From NCBI GenBank assembly GCA_037379345.1, contig CM074518.1, positions 17,794,001 to 17,858,000 of the forward strand: 64,000 bases of DNA. Reading direction: 5' to 3'. The position numbers were made by a program, and so were the translations under genes. Source of the stretch: Perna viridis. Lineage: Eukaryota. Positions 13,017-26,150 of this stretch are shown piece after piece; the stretch's first letter is position 1; each line of letters begins with the position of its first letter. Under the pieces are notes generated by a model. The model did no database searches, was not told the origin of the DNA, and saw only the letters and a list, made by a program, of their open reading frames with translations.

Positions 13017-14528
13017 TTAAGTGAAAGAGTTTTCGGAACAATACCCAAGTATAGCAACAAATTTTGTTGAATATTATAGTAACATCTCTGTAATCCAAGA
13101 ACATTAGGAAAAAATTAGTACAAGGAAAGGCAAAAGTCGATACAATACAAAGAAAATATTTTGTAGAGACGTTGAAATGTGACGAGAAAACAAACCAATC
13201 AGAAAGGTTTTCAGAATACAGTTTTTACAGGTAATATTTGTATATAAAATAAGAATATTTTATTAACCTTTGAAAACGAATCGAAAATAATGCGATTTTG
13301 ATATGCATATAGCACTCATTGACTACTTTTTATATAAATTCTATTAGGTTCCTATATAATTAATATCCCACAACATTTTTGCAACTTTTTGCTGGCAAGA
13401 AGTTAAAGCATTAGTTACAAATATGCTATGTAAATTGTACAAATACGACAAGAAGCACTGTTTAAAAGGAATTGATACAGATCAATCAATAATAGTATTG
13501 ATTTTTTATAATTAACTTTATTCTATATGCTATCTGTTTTCGTTTTCTTTTTTTTTTTATTGTCTTTAATTTCCTTCTTATTGTTCTGACATTGGTTTGT
13601 CATGATTTTTAAGTAGTTCTTTCATATATTGCTTATAGATTCTTGAAATGACATCTATTTCCTTTAATTCAGAACTGGTGACAAGAATCGTCTGATATGG
13701 AATTTAATAACTTGTCGTGTAGACGCATACCGCTGTCTCTTTGACACCAGTTTCATTTGATAAATTGCTAGCTTTGTCTTTTTCGAGTATTGATATTTGA
13801 AGGACGCCATTATATGCTTCGACTTATTTGACTATGGTTGTAAATGTGAAACAAATTCTAACATCATAATTGCATGTAACAATCATGTTTCCAAAACGAG
13901 AAATATAATTTGATTATTTTTTCAAAATAAATCGGAAGTTCATATCCAAAAACAACTTTTACGATTGTATTCAACAATTTCGTATATGTTGGGAAAAGGA
14001 AGATTTTGAATTGGATTGTCGGTAAAAGTTCTAATAAAAAGTCTCGACCATATTTTACTATTATACATACCAAAAACATTAAATAAATAAACATTGAAAA
14101 ATGATTATACAGAAAATGTTGGCAGATACTTTTTCCCTCCGACTCCGTCAAAATAAAAATCCTTAATTATGTTTACAATGATAAATTGTAAGAAAAATAT
14201 TTGTTTTGGTCTCACTAAGATTTTTGTTCTAAACTGTCTTTCTTCTTTCACATTAAACATGCCTATCAGAAATTTAACTCATGATTAAGAGTCAAATATA
14301 TCGGTCGCTCAATTCTTCATACAATAGGTCGTCATGTTTGTGACTGCCGACAGAAACCTTGATTTTTTTGTGACATTATCATGAAACAACGACAACATAC
14401 AAACAAGATATTATGTCTGAGCTTTTTTTTTCGAGATTTGACGTTATGTTATAATATTCTTAGATATATAAATCACAATGGCTTCTTGTAATATTGCAAA
14501 TCTACCCCAAGAATCTTAGACAATAAGT

Positions 14529-14730
14529 GAAAGAGTAAGCAAGGGAACCAAGATTCTAGAGGAAATCAAAAGAATATAATCCAGGAAAAAAGATTAGAAA
14601 TGGAAAACGGACATACCCAACAAAGAACACCAAATTAACAAAACAATACACACAAAGCAAGAAAGGTAAATGTGCAACTCTGACTTCACTAAAACCTGAG
14701 AGCATGGACTAGTAGCACCGGTAGGGTAAA
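14529..14730 (-). mobile_element. Naiad-type PLE 3' UTR copy (diverged)
   Basis: gaaagagtaagcaagggaaccaag...gcaccggtagggtaaa. Confidence 0.8.
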
Positions 14731-15008
14731 TCTAGATCACTGATGTAAACAAATTTCAAATCAATCATAATGTATTTCAAGCTCCCTAAAATATTCGTTT
14801 TACAGGTACAATGTAGTCGATCAAATTGATTAAACAGAAGTGGTGATGTTCGTGTAACATTATAACATATTACAAGCTACAATAAAGTTTTCTATTGATT
14901 TCACACATTTAGTATTCGAGACTTTGCCTTTCTCCCCCCACTTTAACTGTATAGTATAGTATTACTATACATATATTGATGTTCGTGCTGCTTTGTAAAA
15001 CAAATTAT

Positions 15009-15592
15009 AACAAGTGATACTGTGTTTGCAAGCAAAACACAAAAGTCGCCAAAACCGGCAATTAGTCGGATTTAGTCAAATTCTGAATTTACTATGCAAA
15101 TCTTTGCCTTAGATATCAATTATCATGGAAACCCAACAAAGTTTAAATTTTGCCGATTTAAGCGGCTTTAATATGAAATCTGAAGCCGCCATTGAATTTA
15201 GAATGGCATGTTTACCCTAGATATCAATTTTCATTGAAATCGAACAATGTTCAAATTTGGCCGATTTTTGCGGCCATTTTGAAAAAAAATGGCGGCATTC
15301 TTGAAAGCATATGGTGACAGCAAGTCTAGAACAGCGTTCTGAGTCATTTTCATACATCTAATGAGTTCCACTAATTTTATAGAATTTTTTTTTCATTTTT
15401 CCGGGTTTTGTTTTGGCGGCCATTCTGAAATCGGCAGACATTTTGAAATTCCAGAAGAGGCATGCATACCCTCTGAGCATGCTTGATGTTTGAGCTAAGT
15501 CTGGTATGAATCGAATAAACGGACTATGAGAAATCGCCAGGACGTCTTTACGTGCAGAAGAAGAAGCATAATAATAATAATAATAATAATAA

Positions 15593-15623
<31 letters not shown>

Positions 15624-15681
15624 AAGAAGAAGAAGAAGAAGAAGAAACGGGGCAAAAACAATATGTCGCAAAACTTCGTTT
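15009..15681 (+). mobile_element. Helentron/HINE-like non-autonomous element with internal tandem units and an (ATA)n(GAA)n microsatellite; related copy in the opposite orientation at about 39025-39350
   Basis: Starts aacaag with a short palindrome (gtgtttgcaagcaaaacac), repeated units (gatatcaatt...gccgattt...gcggc), microsatellite near the end, then aaacaatatgtcgc. Confidence 0.55.
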
Positions 15682-16069
15682 TATAGACTCCATTGACAAC
15701 CATTTTGGATAATTTGTACTTGCCAATGTCTACACGATCACGATATATTTAACACAACTATGTTGTTCTAAGACGTTGTAAGAAAAAAGAGTTTCTTTCC
15801 AAAATGAAACTGTTGAACTCAGTTATCTCTACTCAACAACTATTGTACATGCCACTTTAGCCTACACAAAGGTTTTGATTAGAACATTGATACATTAATT
15901 AATTTTCTAGCTTAGTATTTGTTTTGTGTATGGTTTAACAGAATATCCAAAATTATATAAAAAATATCCAAATTATATCCCAAAATATGCATATTATATC
16001 CAAAATATCTAAAAAGACGTACAACAACAAAAATAATGGTATGGTTACTGTTTTATGTTAAGTATTGAA

Positions 16070-17890
16070 TTACTAGTCCACATACAAATCTCACACTGTC
16101 AATGTTAAAGTGATTCATTGTGTAGAAAAAGTCGCCAAACAAACGACCCTTTTTCGTTCTATATTTTACACAATAATCCTTTCTGTATTCAGAACTGTAT
16201 TTTTGAGAAAATCATACATATATCTCCCACTAAAATCAACTAAATTAAACAAAATCAAGAACGATAACTCTTTCATTAAATTTCATGTTCAATCTACTAG
16301 TATGAAATTTTTATCTCAAAATACAACAACCACATAAAAAACTAAGACTGGTTATGTGATCAGTGACTGATACTGAACAGGAAATAAAACTAATTTGGTG
16401 TGTTTTCACATGCACGAATCATCCCATGTCTGACTTTTATAAAGACTGCTACTTAAAACTTTGAAAGTTATTCTTGGCACGCCTTATAATAATGAGAAAG
16501 ACTGATGAATAGAACATTTTTACTCCTTTTGGCCAAAGGTTCGTGCATCTCGTGGCGTTTGTTGTCTGTCAGCAATCCTTTCCAATATGCTGGTGCCTTT
16601 TTCATAATTTATTTACGAAAACGTTGCCAGGAGTAACCAATATTGGTCACATTGATATATGAATTCTTTACCATTCGTGTTAAATGTACAATGTTCGGTT
16701 CGTATCCAATTCCCCTTGACAATAGACAAATAGGTATGGATTTTGCATAATATTTAGTAAAAAATTTGCTTACTTAGTCGACAAAACCTTTTTTGCCCTT
16801 CATCTGTTCATAACTTGGAATCCTTATTGTTAAATGAAGTAAAATTGTATATGTTTTACCAAAGAAGAAAACATTTCTGTGTGTAGGAGAGTAGGTCACG
16901 TGCGTCGACAACTTAAATATTCCAATCATAAAGGCCTATTGTACCTTAACAAATTTAGCCCGTCGCAGCATGTGGCCAATATGTGAGGATAAAACCACAC
17001 CCAAATCTCCGTAAAAAAATAGGTATTAAAACTAGAATAGAAAAAATATTTTTTGACGTCGTTTTCACACTAAATTTTGTAACAGTTTGTAAATCTTTTG
17101 TATATTTAATACAAAATATGCCAAAAATTCGTTTATATGTATTGTTTTCTTTACTTATTTTGCAACACAGCGTAAAAGCTAATGATTGCTCCAAACAGCA
17201 AATGATTTATTAGTTTTCAGTAATGTAACTATCAAAGAATCCATAACTTGTAATAATATAATTATTTTATCCGATTTTCGACGACTCTAATAATTGTAGA
17301 TAGATGAACCAGAAGGATCTATTAAGAAAACATATCATTTAATCACTTGATAACTTCCCATTATTCAGCACAATGTGCACTGGCTTGTTATATGGATTGG
17401 ATCCGCTTGAATTTGGAATGAATGTACTATATTTGCCTATTGAGTAAACAATGGGTAAATCGATAACCTTGCTATTAGGTTTACTAGTGATTTAAGTAGC
17501 AGTCTTAAAATTCAGACAGAAGGTGATTCGTGCATGTCAAAAACCCACAAATTCAGTTTATTTCTTGTTCAGAAACAGCTATAGACCATATAAAAAGGCC
17601 TAGATTTTCATTCGAGTATTTCGCTTTTGACATAAAATTTATATAGACTGTACATGAAATGAAAACTTTACAAGAGTTATCGTTCTTGATTTGGTTTGAT
17701 TTGGTTGATTTTACTTGTAGATTAAGTGTAGTTTTCTCAAAAGTTCAGAACTAAATACACAAAAGATTATTGTCACATAAAAATATAGCGTATGTAGACC
17801 AAAAAATGCATCATTTGTTCGGTGGATTTTTTACACCATGAATCACCTTACCATAGGCAGTGTCTGAATTTCATATGGACTGGTACTTAA
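16070..17890. mobile_element. Large fold-back element: diverged inverted arms of about 390 bp (16070-16457 / 17491-17887); third arm copy at about 56490-56845
   Basis: For example aagactgctacttaaa vs tttaagtagcagtctt, and aaatcaagaacgataactct vs agagttatcgttcttgattt; 56641-56700 matches 17671-17745. Confidence 0.7.
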
Positions 17891-20216
17891 TTAGATAATT
17901 TGAATTTGAAATTATATTTTAAGATCTAAACCGTAAATGTGATACCTCTTTTGTGTCAAAGACTTCAATAGGCCTACACATATTTTAATCACCAAAATTC
18001 ACTACTTAATTTTATTTTAGGTATTATTGTAATTAAAAGAATGATAATAATAAAAATTTCGTTTTTTCATTATCATCATTAGAATAGCAATAATTGCATT
18101 GCACATATTGTTTCATTACATAGTTAGTCATGTAATATTTCAGTGCACAATCCTTCAACAATACTTGAAGAGCCGAACTGTCTGAAAAAAAAATGTCGTG
18201 GTAATGTCATGATGACTGATTCAATGTTATATGCTTCAATGTAACTTTAAGCATTTGTTTAATTCGATGCTTCTATATTTGTTGTGTTTATTGAAATCTC
18301 ATCAATTGTTGTAGAAATGTTTGATTTCCATTCACTAAATAATTTCTGACTGCAATGGCTTATAAAATCTTTTTTTTCGAAATATTTGTAAAATCTGAAT
18401 TTATTCAAGACTTTCATTTCACATGAAACAAGACGCTCACGTCTTAAATTTCACATATGCGTATTACAAAATATTACTGTCTTACACACATGCCAGTTGT
18501 GTAAAACTTTAAAAAAAAAAAAAAAAACTGAACTAGAATTAATATGAACAACTTCGTCTGGCTGTGTATAACCCTCCAGGGCCATATAATGTTGTATTAT
18601 TAAAGGCCATGTGCATTTAAGCATCATTATCAAATCCGGTTGTGACAATGATTATCCTAAATTAACATCAACGTATTGTGAAATCACTATCTTATACTTT
18701 TCTTGATAGATTGTTACAGTAAAAAACATGACGTTGAGATTAAAAAATCAAGGTTAGCCCGTAAGGGTGAGTTTTGGTGTTCGCTAATAGATTCAGAATT
18801 GATATTATTCCGTTTGTTGGTGACGTCACAATCGCTTTGATGTAGCGTTGTCATTGGAAATACTCGATATTTTAGTATCAATGCAGCAGCCTGAAAGTAT
18901 CAGGAAATACAAACAATAGAAATACGATGGTTCAAGTGGTTAATTTTTAGTATACCAAACTTCTTAAGTCTACATTATTTCATTTCCAATTTGAAACGGT
19001 TGCCGTCATTTAAAAAGTCGAACATAGGTTTGCATGATACGTTACAGAAACTGGTCTTTATATGTCAAATTTGCTTTATTTTAACCAGAAATATGTGAGA
19101 TTTTTTCAGATAAAACGAGCATACAATAAGATAAAAGGACTACATTCATCATACAATGTTCCTTCAATCCTTGTTTTTGAAACAGACAAACCAATTTCAT
19201 GTTTTATGTAAAATAACAAAATAATCCTTATGACTATGACCGATTGAAGAACAGCTCATCGGATAGGACCTAGGGATCTTTCATATGTTCGTTATTCAGT
19301 TGATAGCTTACAGTCATTAACGAGACTTTTATATTGTGAAGAAAAAGTTACTCTTAAGATCGGAACTGAATTATATGTTGTTGTCGGTCACGGACACACT
19401 GTTTGTTTGGCGAGATACATATTGATCAATTTGTAAGGTTCTTTATATTAAAAAGACGTTAAAGAATTATATCTTGAAAATGTTATATGTTATATCAAAT
19501 CAAAGAAAGTGTGGGACTATTCTATTACCTTGATATGATTATTCCGCATTGATAAGCATATTGTTAATAAATTGAATATATTGCATTTATCACTCAGAAT
19601 TGTAGGCGTTCAAATGTGATATAATATCTTCAATTACCAACATATCCAGAAGGAAAATAAACTAAAGCCATATTTTTATTACTGAAAATGAACTTAATCA
19701 TACCCTAAAAAAATGCCATGGAACTTTTCCTAGAATTTTTGATTAAGTACCAGTTGAAGGGCGAAGGAATTCATTACATTGTTGTAGAGGCATTTGTCTG
19801 TAAGAAAAATGGAATGAGAGAAAAAGAACGGATGTGGTAAAAATAACAAATGCACAAGCGTATAACCTAAATACAAAATAGTTAATACTTTCAGAGTTCA
19901 CCAAAAGATCTTCAATTATTGTAAATATACCTTTCAGTAAGCTCTTGAAGGCCCCGACAACAAAGTAATAAAATCTAAGGAAACTATACGATGACAGTTC
20001 TTCAAAATAAAACTGAAAGTGACATAAAGACACATAAATGACACATTAATGACACATTATCCTGACCGTAGACAGGCTCATAAAACTTGCTTAAGAGTCT
20101 TTTTGTTCCGATAAGTTATGACTCCTAAGTCCGTTTTGCCCAAAAAGTGAGGTGTTTGTCTTGTTGTATATATATTTTATGAATTGCGATTTGAAATTAT
20201 AAAAAAGTGAGAATAG

Positions 20217-21205
20217 AAAAGCGTAATTAAGAGAACCAAGATTCTAACGAAAATCAAAAGAATGTAATCCATGGACAAAGACCAGACATGGAAAACAGAC
20301 ACACACAACAAAGAACATAAAGTAACTACAAAATACAAATACAAAAAGTACAAAATAACAAAAGTAAACAAATCGGACTTCACTAAAAAGTAGGAGCATG
20401 TACCAGGTGGACCGGTAGGGTAAGCGTTCTATGCTTTTCTAGATAGAAAAACTAAGACACATTGAACAAATCAGATTTCATGGAGCAGATGGATACACCG
20501 TAACGCGATCTACGAGTTAATGATGACGACCATGAAAATTCCGTAGTGATGACTTAAATCTTGTGTCAACATAACCATGTTCCAGAAGCCTAATTGTAAG
20601 AAGTCTATCGCGAAACAAAAAGTCAGTGTAGTTGCGGAAAGTTCTGGCATAACGTATGAGTTGTGAAAATTATATAAAAAAAAATTATACGCAGGTGCTG
20701 AAGTGATGTTGCAAAAGATGAAAAGGATTGTTGACAATTCAGAATGAAATGTAGCATTGACACTCGTTGACCTACTTTGAACTGTCATACATTTCAAAAA
20801 TAAAGACATCATGACCTTTATTTACTCTGACAGAAAATCAGTGTCTTCTTGTTCTCGATTATATCCATTTCCTTGCGTAGTCCTCCACGGTATCCATAAT
20901 AATTTTAAAGTTATAATTCCAAATTATGGAGCGTACTTCACGTTACTTTGGACCCATAGTAAGGACTTGCGGAGAAATTCGTTTTCGATGATAATTAAAT
21001 CTCACGTAACGACGTGACTGGAAAGGTCCATATTCCAATCGAGAGTTTTTGAAAGAACAGTCAGGTGGTTTAGCCTTAAAGTCTTTGATATCAATGTATT
21101 AATTCCGGAACGATGACCGTACATTCGTTTGTATAATCGTTCTTGTGTTTCACCGTCATATACTAAACCGCATAAGTCGCATTCTAATGCGTAGAGTCTG
21201 TTACT
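20217..21205 (-). mobile_element. Internally deleted Naiad-type PLE: N-terminal GIY-YIG fragment + pre-RT region + RT C-terminus + 3' UTR
   Basis: Minus strand reads NRLYALECDLCGLVYDGETQERLYKRMYGHRSGIN (GIY-YIG), then HVVT*DLIIIENEFLRK/LTMGPK*REVRSIIWNYNFKIIMDTVEDYARKW, a deletion junction near 20750 into FSF.IVN...SAPAY, then the family 3' UTR. Confidence 0.85.
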
Positions 21206-21949
21206 GTATGTTAAATAATTGCATGTTTATAAAAAAAGTACATGAAATCAATAGAATAGAATTCCCAATGCATTTACGATTTTGAAAAAATTACGGAAAT
21301 CTCCATAACTCACGAAATGTCCCATTTTGTACATAAATGTTTTTTTTATTGACATAATTCTGCCTTATTGTAACATATCCAGTACAACAATTGGCACAAG
21401 AAAGCATTTTTATGTTTCCAACAGTGTTTTCCTTTTTTGCCATGGGTAAGGTAAGTGTTTTGAAAATTCCCTTTACAACCGGGTTTAATTTTGCAATGAA
21501 AATATTTCAACTAGGTATTTCTTATGTGGTGTCGAAATAAATAATATAATAATAATTAATTGTAAATATGCAAGTATTACAATACAATACAATCGCATGC
21601 AGTTATCTAAAACTGGTACAATTTTATTTTTTTTTTTTCATTTTCAGTTTCTTAATCAAATTGTTCCTTATCTGTTTCCTCTCATAAACAATTTTCCTCA
21701 TTATCACGAATTTCACACAACTGATTTCATTTATTCTTTTACATTTTCAATTGATATGTCTTTACTTCAAGTTTCCCCATATTTTAACTACTGCATTGAT
21801 ACATGGTTTGTCAATCCAGATTTGTTCCTCGCTTTGTGTGCTATACTTTTGACAAATGTATCTCTTGTCAATGACAATCAACTCTTTTAAAGGCTTTGGT
21901 GATAATCCGGTGGAAAGTCGCTAGCTCACAGCTTTGTTTTGTTTTCTTC

Positions 21950-23155
21950 ATCATGACCATCTTTCTTTTTTTCCATATTTGCTAATGAAAACAACTCAGC
22001 GAGGCGCGATGATTATAAACCGGACATATGACGTGCAGAACTGAAAGTAAATGCCGACCAGCTTGTCAGAAGAAAATATGGTCGGTTTGAAATTAAAGTC
22101 TGTCGGCAAGCCCGGCTTGAATGCTGATCAGTGCCAGTCCCAATACTGTGCACGCGTTTGCTTTTAACATAAAATATAAAATAACGGACTCCTTTCTAAA
22201 GTTATGAACTTTTAAGAACTTACAACCTCACAAATATCTTCACATGAAATGCAGCATATTGTATATATATAATTTCTTCTTTGGCGGCGCCCTCCAGAAA
22301 GGAATAAATGAAACTGGCACGCTCTTGACGAGACATATCAAGAGTGCATGATTGAAAATCTTCTAACCAATCATCTACGGACATATTATACCCGGAAAAC
22401 TTTTGAACTCGTCTTTCATGCTGAACATATACGATGGAACGTTTTTGATCACACGCGAATTCATCGCTCTCTTCGCTATAATCGGTATACTTCTCAGTTG
22501 GCTTCATCTTGCTAAATTGATGTTGGAATTCAAAGACCTGCTTTTGGAGTGACTTACATGTCGATCGAGACATGGCTACAGTTAGATAGAGCATAGATAG
22601 AGCACAACTCAATGATCAAGCAGTTAAATGTAATACCCACAGTTAACTATAATAATACACAAAATGACCATTAAAGTTCGTTATAAGTACTCACTATAAC
22701 AAGATACCTTAGCATCAAATCAATTAAACTGACTCAATGATATTGAAAATCAAAATAATAAAAAAAATTACAATGAAACTTGCTAAAAGCTCTGACTGGC
22801 AAAATGCCAGTACGAAAAATGAAAAATGAACATCATAAATACCTTATCTGCTGGCTATACTGCTTTCTAATATGTACATCTTGGCCTTCTAATTCCACAT
22901 TGAAATACTGTACAAAATTCTGAGTATTTATACCAAAATAAAATACTACTCACGAGTGGAAAATTTAGGACATCCAACCCCTAAGTATAATTAAACCAGT
23001 AACAGTCAGTGAGCAGAAGTTAGGCACAATGTGAAGTAAATGCAAAATGCAATGAAGCGTATAGTTACTCAGACCACTGTAGAGAACAGATCAAATTTAA
23101 AGAAATGAAATATAATGGGAAACTTAATTATTAAACTAATAAAAATACAGGTTCT

Positions 23156-23160
<5 letters not shown>
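21950..23160 (-). mobile_element. Gypsy/Ty3 LTR retrotransposon relic: probable 5' LTR (about 23160-22811), PBS-like TGG, gag fragment
   Basis: ORF 22220-22612 contains YVQHERRVQKFSG...SVDDWLEDF...QERASFIYSFLEGAAKEEI, resembling PNMA-like Gypsy gag capsid. The minus strand starts TGTGGAG at 23160 and has TGGC near 22809. LTR limits are tentative. Confidence 0.7.

Positions 23161-23227
<67 letters not shown>
23157..23227. repeat. (CA)n(TA)n compound microsatellite
   Basis: Direct reading. Confidence 0.95.
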
Positions 23228-23228
23228 C

Positions 23229-23375
23229 TGTCTCAGAATGTGACGACTCTATTCGCCTATTCGCTACACTGCTCCATCGGATCAAATTGATACAGGAAAC
23301 GTAAACTTATAGAAAAATTCCCAACGATGTTAGAACTGTCAACTGTAACATCGTTGGGAATTTTTCAGATCGTAC
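23229..23375 (+). mobile_element. Second, centrally deleted copy of the fold-back SINE-like element in the opposite orientation
   Basis: 23230-23342 is the reverse complement of about 26755-26875. The 21-bp inverted repeat gaaaaattcccaacgatgtta / taacatcgttgggaatttttc is retained (23312-23332 / 23346-23366). Flanked by (CA)n(TA)n and (TA)n. Confidence 0.8.
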
Positions 23376-25804
23376 TATAAATATATATATATATATGAAA
23401 ACAATGATATATTACCAGATGCATAGACGGAGCAATTACTGTGAATCAATATTAAGGGTGAAGCTTACTCTTTCGGATCACCTAAAGACACTCCCGTTTT
23501 TTTGTGGGAATTCATATTGATAGTGTTAAGTTTTTTTTACTATACGCCTTTTTTATTTTCTGTCAGCTTTTATATGTATCTATTTCATTCGGCTTGCAAC
23601 AACGTGTTATCTAGTTCTGGTTATCTATTTGGATTTCGACGTAGTTGAATAATCCCATTGTTCTCACTACGTTATTTACAACATTGCATGTTAAACTTAT
23701 CAGTAAGTGTTGTTGACATAATAATCAAATGATTTGTTCTTTTTAAAAGTAAAAGCAAAAAAACAAAACATTAAACTATCTTATTAGCCGACATTTAGAT
23801 GGGTAATGAAAAGGAAAACAAACATAAAAGATTTATATGTCAACCTTAATTTTGGCTTCATTTCCTCCTACATACTAGACTTAAAGACTTCAATTTCAGA
23901 TGAGTAAACGATTTTGCGAGAAATAAAATGTTTAAGAATGTACTTATTTGAAACACTTATCCAACTGTTTGTAGACGATTGCTAGAAACAATAAGTGCAA
24001 GAATTGTTTCCAAAACAAAAATCTACACGTTATTTATGTTTCAACAAGAAACTCACACCTGTTTTAACTTATCTATATGTGTGTTTAATGTGTTATATGT
24101 TTTCCAAAGTTGTCTGATTTAAAAAAAAGGGGGCATGGTTGTGCTTACGCCAAAGTATTATAACCTCACCGCATTTTTTGCGCCTGTCCCAAGTCAAGAA
24201 TTTCGGGCCTATATATATTGTTTCGTTTTCACATTCAGTTTACTTTTATATTGCTTGTGTATATGGGGGCAACTTTTTCGCTGTATCATCTGCAACCTTA
24301 CCTATATCGTGAGACTTTCCCGGTCATTCATTCAAGACGCATGGATGGCCTCGGGCTGATATTTTTCATCCGAGTTGGGTTGTTGTCTCTTTAACTTATT
24401 CACAATATCCGTTCTTGTTAAGCTAATAACATCAATAAAAGTTGAGGATGTTTCAATAAACAAATATAGTCTAATTCCTTTACGACCATGTGAAACGACA
24501 TTGGTGTGGTACTCTTTGTGCACATGAGGAATTGGAATAATACTATTAGCATGATAATGTAAAAAATGTTATCACAAATATACTTTAAAATGACATGACG
24601 CAAAATAAATAAGAGCTGTTTAAATATGTAAAAATGATAGATATATAGCAATAATCGCTCTATTGTATTTCTTTCATTTTTGTGCTCTTGAATTGTCTCA
24701 TCTCGGGGTTTGCCCTCGTGCTCTTTTACCTTTAAATTGTCTATGTCCTGTAACATAGTAGGTGTTTATCAAGCACCACAAATGCATTTGAAACATTTGT
24801 TGTTTTTTTTTCTTAATTTGAAGAAACTAAGGCTATTACCTAATAAGTTCAAAATTCAAATTCCAAAAACACTTATTGTTTGTTATAATCGTCAAGAAAT
24901 GGGTGTAGGTACGGAATTATACAAAAAGCACACAATTGGATTTAACTACAAATAAATGCATGTTATGGAAAAATGCTATGGGGTTTTGCCAATCAAATAC
25001 TGCTAACATTTAGACTGACAGAGTTCAGAAACACACCATTTTCTTAAGATAAAAACAATATTAAAACTGTAAGGAAAAAGACTTCGGAGACAGTTGGGGT
25101 AGAAAACAAAATTTCCGAATAATGACCTATATTTTATTTTTATAAGTTTTTAGAATTATATGAAAATACTGAACTGATTTTCAACCAAGATATTCCGACG
25201 CCTGTTTAGCAATCTGTTACTACTATCTAAAGTAAAAGAAGGATCAGCTAAATGTAAACAGATGTGCGACTCAAGATGAAATGTTTTGTTACAATGCAGT
25301 ACGTGTGAATCAATATTATATGTTTTGTTACAATTCAGTACGATAAGATTTGTTTCTTTCGTATTTGTAAATGCAATACATTTCAGAGACCATGAGTGGT
25401 ACTATGACTCTTTTTCATTATAACAAAATACGAGGTACATTCGTGAAGTCTTTATATAACAATGTCATCGTGTCGTTACTTTAACAAAAAACTTAATTTT
25501 AACGCTAAAATTTTCATTACAATTTTTTATTTCACATTGTTTGTCAGTCAAAGCCACATGAGTCATTTGACGGGTTTTTTTTACTAACTGGCTGGAAGAA
25601 GTTAAGACAAGTACATTAAGATATACTTTGTTCATACAAAATAAAATTCAACAAAAGATTAATTTCAAACGAAGTATGTTTCGCGTGAAAAACGAACACT
25701 ATAATTTCAATTTCAAATGTTTATTTACATAATTTCAAAAAAAATCGCTGATACATGATAGATGCATTACAAAAATAGGGTAAACTAAGAATTAATTTAG
25801 ACAT

Positions 25805-26150
25805 AGGACAATGAGGAAATTGGATTGGGTCAATGTGGAAATAAGTATAGGGCAATGAAAAAGGGGTATAGTATATGGCAGTGGAGAAGATGGTAATGAG
25901 CCAATAGGGTGAAGGTTATGAGGCAATGGGGAGATGGTAATTAGGCAATGGGGCGATGGTACTGAGGGAATGGATTGAGGGTCATGAGGCAATGGGAATA
26001 GGGTACAAGGCAGTGGAGTAATGGGATGGGCAATGGGGAAATTGGCATAGGGCAATAGGTAAATGAATTTTGGGCAATGAAAAAATGGGTACGAGGCAAT
26101 AGGGAATGGGGTATGAGACAAAGCAGAAATGGGGTGAGGCAATGGAAAGA
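25805..26150 (+). repeat. Degenerate purine-rich minisatellite (ggcaatggg core, roughly 18-22 bp period)
   Basis: Repeated gcaatgggg / ggcaatggga / ggcaataggg units; the Pro-rich minus-strand ORFs here are by-products. Confidence 0.8.

Noticed and set aside
15358-15726. ORFs with poly-Ser/Tyr/Ile/Pro runs (also 25792-26259, 38861-39148, 51769-52014)
   Set aside because: Artefacts of microsatellites or minisatellites.
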